The position numbers were made by a program, and so were the translations under genes. The notes beneath the pieces were generated by a model. That model had not been told where the DNA came from. It saw only the letters and a list, made by a program, of their open reading frames with translations, and did not search any database. Shown in pieces: positions 37,365 through 46,675 of a DNA stretch of 64,000 nucleotides (positions are counted from its first letter, which is position 1; every line of letters begins with the position of its first letter). This DNA comes from Oscillospiraceae bacterium (GTDB lineage Bacteria; Bacillota; Clostridia; Oscillospirales; Oscillospiraceae): NCBI GenBank assembly GCA_012513005.1, contig JAAZCZ010000061.1, positions 5,680 to 69,679 of the forward strand, given 5' to 3'.

Positions 37365-38120
37365 ATGAAGGCTAAAAGACTACTACTGAGAATTGCATTA
37401 ATTGCGGCACTTTCTTTTACCGCATTTTTTTCTGTGCAAATATATGACGGAGCTTATGGATTTGAGCTCCTGCTCAATATTTTTGCTTTATTTTCTTCTA
37501 TTTCCGCTGCAGTTGCAACAATAGTCGGCCTCAGCAAGAATAAAAAGAAAAAGGGCAATACGGAAGAACAGGTGCAAGCAACAGCTGCAGAAATCACTGA
37601 GGCAGAAAAAATTTTACTCGACAGCAGGCAGTACCTTACCACCCTGGCATCAATGTATTCAAAAATTGACAGTCCCAAGATTAAAGGTCAGATTAATGAG
37701 CTTATGCGAGTTTCAGATAAGATAACTCAAAGCGCTCAGGCAGACCCATCGGATATACCTCAGGTAAAAAAGTTTTTAAGCTATTACCTGCCGACAACAA
37801 TTAAGCTTTTAAAAGCCCATATGCAGATGAGTTCGCAGGGTTACGAGGGCGACAATCTAAATAAATCAATCAGCAGCATTGAGGAAATGCTTGACACTGC
37901 AATTGATGCATATAAAAAACAACTTGATTCACTTTTTGCCAATCAGGCTCTTGATATACATGCTGATATTTCTGTAATGAATAAAATGATGACCCGTGAA
38001 GGGCTGATCGGCAATGATGATTTTGAGAGCATAAACATATACGAGGATACTGCCGGTTCAGAAAGCTCTGAGATTAAAACTGACTCAGAGGCAGCAGGTA
38101 CAGTTTCAACATCTAACTAA
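37365..38120 (+). CDS. xpaC: XpaC-like (5-bromo-4-chloroindolyl phosphate hydrolysis family) membrane protein
   Basis: Two N-terminal TM helices, then a helical domain with FLSYYLPTTIKLLKAH. It is paired with a TelA/YaaN gene, as in B. subtilis xpaC-yaaN. Confidence 0.6.
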   Translation: MKAKRLLLRIALIAALSFTAFFSVQIYDGAYGFELLLNIFALFSSISAAVATIVGLSKNKKKKGNTEEQVQATAAEITEAEKILLDSRQYLTTLASMYSKIDSPKIKGQINELMRVSDKITQSAQADPSDIPQVKKFLSYYLPTTIKLLKAHMQMSSQGYEGDNLNKSISSIEEMLDTAIDAYKKQLDSLFANQALDIHADISVMNKMMTREGLIGNDDFESINIYEDTAGSESSEIKTDSEAAGTVSTSN

Positions 38121-38150
38121 CATATATTCTCATTACGAAAGGAAATTACT

Positions 38151-39335
38151 ATGGAAAATAACAACGAATTTGTCCCGACACTAACTCTTGACCCAACGCC
38201 GGAAACAGCATCCGCAACTGCTGTTGCTGTTTCAAATGAAACAGAAGTTTTAGCTACCCAAGCAGCATCTGTGCAGGAAGAAGATATCCCGGTTGAGAAG
38301 CTCGAAATTGATATTTTGGCACCTGCTGAGCAGGCAGCTGTTCGCGAGTTTGCTTCTAAAATTGATATCACAAATTCAGAACAGATACTAAACTACGGCT
38401 CTTCTGCTCAAAAGAACATTTCTGAATTTTCTTCGGCAGCTTTGGGAAGTGTCAGAACTAAAGATATGGGTGAGGTCGGTGCTGAGCTTTCTAAGCTCAT
38501 TGTTCAGTTAAAAGGCTTTGACTATGATTCTAACGAAAAAAAGGGTCTTAAGGGACTTTTTAGAAAAAGTCGCCAGAACATTGCAGGATTAGTTGCTCAG
38601 TATGATAAGGCAGAAACAAATGTTAATAAAATAGTTGCTGAGCTTGAAGTTCATGAGCTTGCTCTAATGAAAGATATCGCTCTTATGGAGCAGATGTACG
38701 AGAAGAACCTTCAATATTATAAGGAACTTACAATGTACATTATTGCCGGAAAGCTGAAAAGCAAGGAGCTAAGAGAAGTTGAGCTTCCCAAGCTGCAGAA
38801 GATTGCCCAGGAATCAGGCTTGGCTGAAGATGCCCAAAAGGCAAATGATTTTGCAAGCATGATCGGCAGGTTCGAGAAAAAGCTGCACGACTTGGAGCTT
38901 ACGCGAATAGTATCAATTCAAATGGCACCTCAGATTAGGCTTATTCAGTCTAATGACACCGTTATGACCGAAAAAATCAGAAGCTCTATCGTGAACACGA
39001 TTCCCCTTTGGAAAAACCAAATGGTTTTGGCACTCTCAATGCACCACTCGCAACAGGCAATGCAGGCGCAGCGTGATGTTACTAACGTAACCAATACTCT
39101 GCTAAGAGAAAATGCACAGAAGCTGCATCAAGGCAGCGTAGATATCGCAAAGGAAGCAGAGCGCACAGTCATTGATATTGAGACATTAAAGTTCACAAAT
39201 CAGGAGCTTATTAAGACGCTTGAAGAAGTAAGACTGATTCAGCAAGAGGGTTCTGAAAAGCGTATGGCTGCTGAAGTTGAGTTAGGAAAAATCGAGGGCG
39301 AGCTTAAGAAAAAGCTGCTTGAGTTAAGAGGATAA
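38151..39335 (+). CDS. telA: toxic anion resistance protein, TelA/YaaN family
   Basis: About 390-aa all-helical protein with a TelA-like layout (FASKIDITNSEQILNYGSSAQK..., LTRIVSIQMAPQIRLIQ). Confidence 0.82.
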   Translation: MENNNEFVPTLTLDPTPETASATAVAVSNETEVLATQAASVQEEDIPVEKLEIDILAPAEQAAVREFASKIDITNSEQILNYGSSAQKNISEFSSAALGSVRTKDMGEVGAELSKLIVQLKGFDYDSNEKKGLKGLFRKSRQNIAGLVAQYDKAETNVNKIVAELEVHELALMKDIALMEQMYEKNLQYYKELTMYIIAGKLKSKELREVELPKLQKIAQESGLAEDAQKANDFASMIGRFEKKLHDLELTRIVSIQMAPQIRLIQSNDTVMTEKIRSSIVNTIPLWKNQMVLALSMHHSQQAMQAQRDVTNVTNTLLRENAQKLHQGSVDIAKEAERTVIDIETLKFTNQELIKTLEEVRLIQQEGSEKRMAAEVELGKIEGELKKKLLELRG

Positions 39336-39353
39336 TTGATCAGTAATTAAGTT

Positions 39354-39390
39354 ATGCAGGACAGATGAAAGTATCTGTCCTGCATTAATA
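39354..39390 (+). terminator. rho-independent terminator after telA
   Basis: ATGCAGGACAGAT-gaaagt-ATCTGTCCTGCAT followed by TAATATTT. It abuts the 3' end of the convergent tmRNA. Confidence 0.75.
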
Positions 39391-39392
39391 TT

Positions 39393-39740
39393 TGGTGGAG
39401 CCGGCGGGAATTGAACCCGCGTCCGAAAGCACATCCACCGAAACCTCTCCGGGCGCAGAGAGTCATCTACATTCCCTTACATATGAGCTGACGCTCAATC
39501 TCATATACTTGGTAGCTTCATTATGCATGGTGTACTCAAAGCTTTGCACACTCACGTTCGCCACTAATCGACGCCCTCTTCCAACTCGTGGCCCTTTTGG
39601 AGAGAACGCTCACTGCTTAAGCAGCGAGAAGAGCAGTTTCGTTACTGTTCTTTAATTTATAAATTGCCGGTTTTAAGGATGGCCGACGCATCCGCCCGCT
39701 ATCTCGGATTTTGTACCCCCGTCGAAACCGTTGCGGCCCC
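39393..39740 (-). ncRNA. ssrA: transfer-messenger RNA (tmRNA, SsrA)
   Basis: The minus strand starts GGGGCCGCAACGGTTTCGACGGGGG and ends ...GCGGGTTCAATTCCCGCCGGCTCCACCA (tRNA-Ala-like acceptor/T-arm). An internal tag frame reads ...AAC AGT AAC GAA ACT GCT CTT CTC GCT GCT TAA (NSNETALLAA-stop). Confidence 0.93.
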
Positions 39741-39797
39741 ATGAGAGTATTCCCGCACCTGCAAAGCATCTGCTATGCAGGTGCGATATTTAATTAA

Positions 39798-40316
39798 TTA
39801 AAGCTTGTTGGGTTCAGGATATTCTTCACCAAAGGTTTCTACTGTAGCTGATTTTATTATCTGAGCTGTTCTCGGCTTATCATTAAAACCAACAGGGGTG
39901 CACGCAATCGAATCTACTATATCCATGCCCTCAACTATTTTACCGAAGGTTGCATACTCACCATCTAAATGGGGTGATTTTTCGTGCACAATGAAAAACT
40001 GGCTTCCTGCTGAATCAGGCATTGCAGATCTTGCCATGGATAAAACACCTTTATCGTGCTTTAAATCATTTTTAAAGCCGTTATTCTTAAATTCGCCTTT
40101 AATTCTGTAACCCGGACCTCCCATACCTGTTCCTTGGGGGCATCCTCCCTGTATCATAAAGTCTTTGATGACTCTGTGAAAGCAGAGGTTGTTGTAGTAT
40201 CCGGATTTAACCAGACTAATAAAATTATTGACTGTGTTAGGCGCAATCTCGGGATAAAGTTCTGCTTTAAAAACTGAGCCGTTTTCCATTGTGAATGTTA
40301 CTATTGGATTTTGCAT
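39798..40316 (-). CDS. ppiB: peptidyl-prolyl cis-trans isomerase, cyclophilin type
   Basis: Cyclophilin signature FHRVIKDFMIQGG plus SMARSAMPDSAGSQFFI. Its ATG overlaps the smpB stop (TAATG). Confidence 0.9.
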   Translation of the reverse strand: MQNPIVTFTMENGSVFKAELYPEIAPNTVNNFISLVKSGYYNNLCFHRVIKDFMIQGGCPQGTGMGGPGYRIKGEFKNNGFKNDLKHDKGVLSMARSAMPDSAGSQFFIVHEKSPHLDGEYATFGKIVEGMDIVDSIACTPVGFNDKPRTAQIIKSATVETFGEEYPEPNKL

Positions 40317-40786
40317 TATATATTTCTCTCCTTTAATGAATGTTCAATATCGCGCTGTGCCTGTCTTTTCGCTTCTACTTCTCTCTTGTCATGTAGCTTT
40401 TTACCCTTGCAAACGCCAATCTCAAGCTTTACTCTTCCGTTTTTCAGATATATTGACAATGGTATAAGCGCATTCCCGTCTTGCATAACAAGCACATTAA
40501 GTTTATTTATCTCTTTTCGGTGCATTAACAAACGCTTCGGTCTCATAGGGTCCTTATTAAAAATATTGCCCTTTTCATATGGACTAATATGGACTCCCCT
40601 GGCAAAAAGCTCTCCGTTTTTTACTAAACAAAATGAATCTTTCAGATTTACTGCACCTTGCCTAACTGATTTTACCTCGGTGCCGAAAAGCTCTATACCT
40701 GCCTCATGCCTTTCAAGAACAAAGTAATCGTGAAAGGCTTTTCTGTTAGATGCAATTTGCTTAACTCCCAAAGAGCGTGGTGACAA
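40316..40786 (-). CDS. smpB: SsrA-binding protein SmpB
   Basis: IASNRKAFHDYFV, GTEVKS and the basic C-terminal tail. TTG start 6 nt after GGAGGG. Confidence 0.9.
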   Translation of the reverse strand: MSPRSLGVKQIASNRKAFHDYFVLERHEAGIELFGTEVKSVRQGAVNLKDSFCLVKNGELFARGVHISPYEKGNIFNKDPMRPKRLLMHRKEINKLNVLVMQDGNALIPLSIYLKNGRVKLEIGVCKGKKLHDKREVEAKRQAQRDIEHSLKERNI

Positions 40787-40935
40787 AAATATCCCTCCAT
40801 ATTTTTATAGTACTATTATAGCACTTTTTGTGTTATAAATATAGATACTTCGTTAATTTTAGGTATATACAGGTGCGGAAAATTAGAATAACATATATTT
40901 AAAAGCAAGTAAACTATGAATTTAGGGTGTATTAA

Positions 40936-41475
40936 ATGAAACTTTTTGAAAAGTGTATCAGCAGCAAAACCGTTTATGAGGGAATAATTGTTAATGTTAG
41001 GCGTGATATTGCCGAATTAGAAAACGGAAAAGAAGTAAAAAGAGAAGTTGTTGAGCATCCCGGCGGTGTTGCCGTTATCCCGATTGATGAAAATAATATG
41101 GTATACTGTGTGCGTCAGTTTAGATATCCCATGTCAGAAATCACACTTGAAATTCCGGCAGGCAAGCTTGATGCAAATGAATTGCCATTTGATTGTGCTG
41201 TAAGAGAGCTTTCTGAGGAGACAGGTCTGACAGCCGGAAAGATGATTAATCTCGGTGCCTGCTATACTTCTCCAGGATATTCAACTGAGGTATTGCATAT
41301 TTTTCTTGCATTAGAGCTAAAAAAGGGTGAGAGTCATCCCGACGAAGATGAGTTTTTGAGTGTTGAAAAGCAGCAACTTGGTAACCTTGTTGACGATATT
41401 ATGTGCGGAAAAATAAGCGATGCTAAAACAGTTATTGCAGTATTAAAAGCAAACGAATATTTAACGGAACGCTAA
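40936..41475 (+). CDS. nudF: NUDIX hydrolase (ADP-ribose pyrophosphatase-like)
   Basis: Nudix box GKLDANELPFDCAVRELSEETGL; 179 aa. Confidence 0.8.
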   Translation: MKLFEKCISSKTVYEGIIVNVRRDIAELENGKEVKREVVEHPGGVAVIPIDENNMVYCVRQFRYPMSEITLEIPAGKLDANELPFDCAVRELSEETGLTAGKMINLGACYTSPGYSTEVLHIFLALELKKGESHPDEDEFLSVEKQQLGNLVDDIMCGKISDAKTVIAVLKANEYLTER

Positions 41476-41500
41476 AAAAGCGTTCCGTTTTACTTTTTGT
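41463..41500 (+). terminator. rho-independent terminator after the NUDIX gene
   Basis: AACGGAACGC-taaaaaa-GCGTTCCGTT followed by TTACTTTTTG. The stem overlaps the stop codon. Confidence 0.7.
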
Positions 41501-41514
41501 AGAAAAATAATCGT

Positions 41515-43518
41515 TTAAAAATTTTCGCTACTAATAAGCTTCTCAAACTCAGTTTCACTTAGAACTTTAACATTTAATGCTTCTGCTTTTTTTAGTTTTG
41601 AGCCCGGGCTATCCCCTACAAGCACATAAGATGTGTTTTTTGAAACGCTTGAGCTGACCTTGCCTCCCAAGCTTACGATGATATTTGTTGCATCATCACG
41701 AGAATAGCTTGATAAAGTTCCGGTGAGCACGAATGTCAGCCCACTAAATTTATCGCCTTTTATTGCAGGCTTATCGGCATTAAAAGAAACTCCTGCTTCA
41801 CGTAGTCTTGCAATTTGATGCACTGACTGCGGATTTGAAAACCACTTCTTAATAAATCCGGCGGTAATACTCCCCACTTCCGGAACGCCTGTAAGCTCAT
41901 CTGCCGTAGCATTATTCAGATTGTCCAATGTTCCAAACTCAAAAGCTAAAACCTGAGACATTTTCTGACCTACCTGTCTGATTCCAAAGGCAGTAATCAG
42001 TCTTGCAAGCCCTGCCGACTTGCTCTTAGAAATTGCAGATATAAGATTCTGAGCGGATTTTTTCCCCATACCATCGAGTGTCGCTATTTTTTCAGCATCT
42101 AAATAGTATATATCTGCCGGTGAAGAAATAAGTCCGTTTGAAATCAAAATCCTTGCCACTCCGATTCCAAGACCCTCTATATCCATCGCATCTTTAGAAG
42201 CAAAGTGAACTATGTTTCTAAGTACCTGAGCCGGACATTCAAGACCGGGGCAGCGTATGGCAACACCTTCAAAGTCCTCTTCCAATAAAGAGCCGCATTC
42301 GGGACAATGCTCGGGCATTTTAAACGGCAGGGTTCCTTCCGGCCTTTTTGACAATACAACCTCAACAATTTCCGGAATTATTTCACCAGCTTTTCTGACT
42401 TTCACTGTATCTCCGATTCGAATATCCAGCTTTTCAACTATATCTTTGTTGTGCAAGGTAGCATTTGTAACTGTTGTACCTGATAATCTGACAGGGCTGA
42501 GAACTGCCTTTGGTGTTACGGCGCCTGTTCTGCCGACCTGAACAGTTATATCAAGAACAGTACTCTCCTTTACCTCAGGAGGATACTTATACGCAACTGC
42601 CCATCTTGGTGCTTTTGATGTACTTCCGAGATATTCTCTTTGACTGAGCTTGTCGACTTTAACAACAGCTCCGTCAATCTCAAATGGGAATTTCTCTCTG
42701 TCATCACTAATTTCATCGATTCTCAGAGAACATTCCGATACCTCTTTATATCTGTCACAAGGTACTGTCTCAAATCCCAAATCGGAAAGAAACTTAACTG
42801 ATTCAAAATGGCTTGCAAATGTAGCTACATCCGCCTTTTGTATATTAAACGCAATAAAATCAAGGCTTCTTGATTTTGCGATCTCGGGATTTAGCTGTCT
42901 CATTGAGCCTGCTGCTGCGTTGCGCGGATTTGCAAATAACGGCTCCTGTGCTATTTGACGCTCTTCGTTAAGACTTAAAAACACAGCCTTAGACATGTAT
43001 ACCTCTCCGCGAATAACAAGCTCATTAGGGGCATTTTTTAATTTTTTAGGAACATTTTTAATTGTCCTGACATTTTCGGTAACGTCTTCACCGGTTTGCC
43101 CGTCTCCTCTTGTGGCAGCCTGAATAAATACACCGTTTATATACTTAAGTGACATAGATAACCCGTCAACCTTAGGCTCTACGCAAAACAGGCAGTCATC
43201 GTTAAGTGCTTTTTTCATTTTTATTAGCGAAGAGCTTAGCTCCTCCTTTGAAAAAACATCGACAAGGCTCTCTAAAGGGACTTCATGACTCACCTTTTCA
43301 AAAGAATTCTTAACACTTCCCCCGACTTTCTGTGTCGGTGAGTCAGGTGAATAGAGTTCCGGGTGAGCATTTTCAAGCTCCTCTAGCCTCCTTAGCATCG
43401 CATCATACTCATAGTCAGATATTATAGGCGCATCATTATCGTAATATAATTTATTGTGCTTTTTTATTTCTTCTCTAAGTTTTAATATTTCTTCTTTATA
43501 CTGCAATATTTTCACCAC
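41515..43518 (-). CDS. ligA: NAD-dependent DNA ligase LigA
   Basis: Adenylation lysine in VEPKVDGLS, zinc finger CPECGS...CPGLECPAQ, HhH repeats, and a C-terminal BRCT domain (FVLTGTL). The start is GTG 43518, or TTG 43506 behind a GGTGGTG RBS. Confidence 0.93.
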   Translation of the reverse strand: MVKILQYKEEILKLREEIKKHNKLYYDNDAPIISDYEYDAMLRRLEELENAHPELYSPDSPTQKVGGSVKNSFEKVSHEVPLESLVDVFSKEELSSSLIKMKKALNDDCLFCVEPKVDGLSMSLKYINGVFIQAATRGDGQTGEDVTENVRTIKNVPKKLKNAPNELVIRGEVYMSKAVFLSLNEERQIAQEPLFANPRNAAAGSMRQLNPEIAKSRSLDFIAFNIQKADVATFASHFESVKFLSDLGFETVPCDRYKEVSECSLRIDEISDDREKFPFEIDGAVVKVDKLSQREYLGSTSKAPRWAVAYKYPPEVKESTVLDITVQVGRTGAVTPKAVLSPVRLSGTTVTNATLHNKDIVEKLDIRIGDTVKVRKAGEIIPEIVEVVLSKRPEGTLPFKMPEHCPECGSLLEEDFEGVAIRCPGLECPAQVLRNIVHFASKDAMDIEGLGIGVARILISNGLISSPADIYYLDAEKIATLDGMGKKSAQNLISAISKSKSAGLARLITAFGIRQVGQKMSQVLAFEFGTLDNLNNATADELTGVPEVGSITAGFIKKWFSNPQSVHQIARLREAGVSFNADKPAIKGDKFSGLTFVLTGTLSSYSRDDATNIIVSLGGKVSSSVSKNTSYVLVGDSPGSKLKKAEALNVKVLSETEFEKLISSENF

Positions 43519-43524
43519 CTTAAT

Positions 43525-44781
43525 TTATGTTATTATCTGTGAAAATGCATTAATTATTCCGTATTTTCCGGACTCGTATGTAAGTCCACCCTGAACAAAA
43601 ACATTGTAAGGCATTCGCAGAGGCGCATCAGCAGAAAGCTCAATTGACGAGCCTTGAATAAATGCTCCGGCAGCCATTATAACTTCACAATCATACCCCG
43701 GCATTTGCCACGGCTCAGGCGAAACGAAAGAATCTACAGCGCTGCCTGACTGTATACCGCGGCAAAAGCTCTTTAGAAGCTCCGGAGTGCCGAGCTTTAT
43801 ACACTGAATAATGTCCGATCTGGGCTCATCTGACGACGGATAGGTCTCAAAACCAAAGTGCTCCGCCATTTTAGCGCATAGCAGCGATGTTTTGACTGCC
43901 TGCGCCACAACATGGGGGGCTAAAAATAGTCCTTGAAATAGGCTTAAATTCGTGTTTAAGGTGGCTCCGCACTCCCCTCCCACACCGGGAACGGTTAATC
44001 TGTAGGCAGCCTTTTGCACAAGGCTCTCCTTTCCTGCCACATATCCGCCGCAAGGGGCTATGCCTCCGCCGGGATTTTTTATTAATGAGCCGGCTATTAA
44101 ATCCGCACCTACTTTAGTAGGTTCATATGTTTCGGTAAACTCTCCGTAGCAGTTATCTACTATGATTACAGAATTAGGAGATACTTGTTTAATATCTTTA
44201 CAAATTCTTTCTATATCTTTAACTAAGAGTGTTTTTCTGGTGCTGTATCCGCGAGAGCGCTGTATTAATACAAGCTCCGGTAAAATTTCTTCAGCTGTTT
44301 TCCTAATTGCTTCAAAATCAGCGCTTCCGTTATTTAATACAGGTACTTCATGGTAATTAATTCCTAAATCCAAAAGGCTACCCAGATTATTGCCCGTTAT
44401 TCCAATAACCGACTGTATTGTGTCATAAGGAGCACCCATTACACTAAGCAGCTTATCTCCGTGCTTCAACGCTCCATACAGTGCACATGCTATTGCGTGT
44501 GTTCCGTTTACAAAACCAGTTCGCACAAGGGCAGCTTCGCAGTCAAATATTTCTGCAAAAACTAAATCCAGCACTTCCCTGCCTCTGTCATTATAGCCAT
44601 AACCGTTTGTGCCCGCAAAGCAGGTATCAGATACTCTGTGCTTCTGAAATGCTTTTATAACTTTCTTTGTGTTTATTTGAGATATATTATCTATTTCGGA
44701 AAATTTATCTTTTATCAGGTTTTCACATAACGATGCCGCTTCTATTACCGTTGTATTCTCTGTCAAATCATTCATCCTCAC
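43525..44781 (-). CDS. methionine gamma-lyase family protein (YnbB / aluminium-resistance family, PLP fold)
   Basis: About 418 aa with NGYGYNDRGRE, GTHAI and SLIKNPGGGIAP blocks typical of the Met_gamma_lyase (YnbB) family. Confidence 0.75.
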   Translation of the reverse strand: MRMNDLTENTTVIEAASLCENLIKDKFSEIDNISQINTKKVIKAFQKHRVSDTCFAGTNGYGYNDRGREVLDLVFAEIFDCEAALVRTGFVNGTHAIACALYGALKHGDKLLSVMGAPYDTIQSVIGITGNNLGSLLDLGINYHEVPVLNNGSADFEAIRKTAEEILPELVLIQRSRGYSTRKTLLVKDIERICKDIKQVSPNSVIIVDNCYGEFTETYEPTKVGADLIAGSLIKNPGGGIAPCGGYVAGKESLVQKAAYRLTVPGVGGECGATLNTNLSLFQGLFLAPHVVAQAVKTSLLCAKMAEHFGFETYPSSDEPRSDIIQCIKLGTPELLKSFCRGIQSGSAVDSFVSPEPWQMPGYDCEVIMAAGAFIQGSSIELSADAPLRMPYNVFVQGGLTYESGKYGIINAFSQIIT

Positions 44782-46159
44782 TAAATCCTAATACAATATT
44801 TCTGAAAAGGTCTCCTCTCTCTGCAAAGTTTCTAAATCTGTCAAAAGAGGAGCAGGCAGGAGACAACAACACAGTATCTCCGAAAACAGCCATATTCTTA
44901 GCGGCCGTTACTGCATCTTTTAAATCTTCAGTAATTAGAATCGGGAGTTTGCCCGGGTCATAAAAAACTGATGATTTAACTGCTTCTGCAATTTTTTCTG
45001 CCGTGTCCCCTGTTAAGAAAAGTGCCTTAACATGGTCGCATATCACATCTGCCAGATAATCAATAGGTATATTTTTGTCATGCCCTCCGGCGATCAGCAA
45101 AACCTTTGTTCTCATTGCTCTTAGACCCGCAACTGTTCTTGTGGGGCTTGAAGCTATGGAATCGTTTATATATGACACGCCATTTATCTTTTTTACAAGT
45201 TCAAGTCTGTGGGCAACTCCTCCGTAACTGCGGGCAACTGCCCTGCACATTTGTGCTGAGACCATGCCTTCGACTGCGCAAAACGCAGCTAGGTAGTTTT
45301 CAATGTTATGTTCGCCCGGAAGCAGAATCTCCGACGCCGGAATAATAGGCTCCACCTCATAATCCCGCGAATAATAAATCATGTTATCTCGGCAAAAGCA
45401 CCCGTTTTTCACAGCTTCCTTCATACTAAAAAGCAAAACACCAGACACTGCCTCTTCCTGAAACTTTGCTGTATAAGAATTATCCAGGTTAAGTATCAGT
45501 TTTGAATCCGGCTTTTGCATCTCGAATATTCTTTTTTTAGAAAGCAAATAATCCTCAAAGTCAATATGCTTATCTAAGTGATTTGGAGATACATTAGTTA
45601 CAACTGCTATATCAGGTGAAATGCTGATGCTGTGCAGCTGAAAAGACGAAAGCTCAACAACGGCAATATCATCAGGATTAAAACAAGGAATCTCAGGCAG
45701 TAGCGGCTTTCCTATATTTCCGCCAAGGTGAACTGTTTTGCCGGCTGCTTTTAAAAGCTCTGCAATTATTGAAGAAGTTGTTGTCTTTCCGTCTGAGCCC
45801 GTAACTGCAATAATCTTACACTTGCACAAGGAAAAAAATGCTTCCATTTCGCTGGTTATTATTGCTCCTTGGTTCTTAGCTGCAATCAGCTTCTCATCAG
45901 TCGGCAAAATACCCGGGGTTCTGAATATTACATCAAAGCTCATATCATCAAGATATGAAGGACCAAGGCTTAGCTTTGCGCCCATATTTCTAAACTTTTC
46001 TACTATATCGCCAAGCATTTCCTCTGTTCTCATATCACAAATACAAACGCTGATATTATTATTGATAAGAAGTTCTATAAGCGGAGTATTGCTTATTCCA
46101 AGCCCGATTACAGCCACTTTTTTATCTTTTAATTCATCAAAATACTGCATAAATTCCAT
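44768..46159 (-). CDS. murD: UDP-N-acetylmuramoyl-L-alanine--D-glutamate ligase MurD
   Basis: N-terminal Rossmann VAVIGLGISN, P-loop VTGSDGKTTTS, NVSPNHLD, and a C-terminal LSPACSSFD block. Confidence 0.9.
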   Translation of the reverse strand: MEFMQYFDELKDKKVAVIGLGISNTPLIELLINNNISVCICDMRTEEMLGDIVEKFRNMGAKLSLGPSYLDDMSFDVIFRTPGILPTDEKLIAAKNQGAIITSEMEAFFSLCKCKIIAVTGSDGKTTTSSIIAELLKAAGKTVHLGGNIGKPLLPEIPCFNPDDIAVVELSSFQLHSISISPDIAVVTNVSPNHLDKHIDFEDYLLSKKRIFEMQKPDSKLILNLDNSYTAKFQEEAVSGVLLFSMKEAVKNGCFCRDNMIYYSRDYEVEPIIPASEILLPGEHNIENYLAAFCAVEGMVSAQMCRAVARSYGGVAHRLELVKKINGVSYINDSIASSPTRTVAGLRAMRTKVLLIAGGHDKNIPIDYLADVICDHVKALFLTGDTAEKIAEAVKSSVFYDPGKLPILITEDLKDAVTAAKNMAVFGDTVLLSPACSSFDRFRNFAERGDLFRNIVLGFSEDE

Positions 46160-46220
46160 AAATTATCACCTCATAGTCTGTAACAGTATAATATCAAATC
46201 TACTTGTTTTCAACAAATAT

Positions 46221-46249
46221 TTGACTATACGAAGCAAAACGAATAAAAT
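46221..46249 (+). promoter_or_regulatory. candidate sigma-A type promoter for RNase P RNA
   Basis: TTGACT (46221-46226), 17 nt, TAAAAT (46244-46249), 7 nt before the first base of the P1 stem. Confidence 0.5.
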
Positions 46250-46256
46250 ATACTTG

Positions 46257-46599
46257 CGAGTGAATTGAGTGGTCGCGGGTATAAGGCGAAAGCCTGTGCG
46301 CGAGGAAAGTCCGGGCTCCACAGGGCAAGGATAACGGGTAACACCCGCCAGGGGCGACCCTCGGACAAGTGCAACAGAGATATACCGCCACATTTTTTTG
46401 TGGTAAGGGTGGAAAGGCGAGGTAAGAGCTCACCCATCTTCCGGAGACGGAACGATGCTGTAAACTCTATCCGGAGCAACACCGCGGAGGGACTTATGAT
46501 CTGCCCGATCGTCCCGAGGAGGTGGCTTGAGCCTGTCGGCAACGGCAGGCCTAGACTGATGACTGCTTTAAACAGAATCCGGCTTACAGATTCACTCGC
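46257..46599 (+). ncRNA. rnpB: RNase P RNA (bacterial, type A-like)
   Basis: Universal core GAGGAAAGTCCGGGCTCCACAGGGCA near the 5' end and ACAGAATCCGGCTTA near the 3' end. The P1 stem GCGAGTGAAT (46257-46266) pairs with ATTCACTCGC (46590-46599). Confidence 0.92.
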
Positions 46600-46627
46600 A
46601 TTTTATTTAAATGTCTTTTCATACTAA

Positions 46628-46660
46628 TAAGCTGCATCGAATAGATGCAGCTTATTATGT
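46628..46660. terminator. bidirectional terminator between rnpB and yebC
   Basis: TAAGCTGCATC-gaata-GATGCAGCTTA followed by TTATGTTTATTATT. Confidence 0.7.
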
Positions 46661-46675
46661 TTATTATTAACATAT

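Noticed and set aside
39336-39392. The tmRNA 3' end as a possible integration hotspot with an adjacent island.
   Set aside because: The sequence directly 3' of ssrA is just the telA terminator. There is no integrase, no duplicated ssrA 3' fragment and no foreign-looking gene block.
39392-39655. 87-aa plus-strand ORF from the ORF track.
   Set aside because: It is antisense to the tmRNA gene. The ORF begins exactly at the tRNA-like 3' end (TGGTGGAGCCGGCGGGAATTGAACCC), so it is an artefact of the structured RNA.
46166-46627. Four overlapping ORFs (75-120 aa, both strands) between murD and yebC.
   Set aside because: They all overlap the RNase P RNA gene (46257-46599), whose conserved core and P1 stem are unambiguous. 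None has an RBS.
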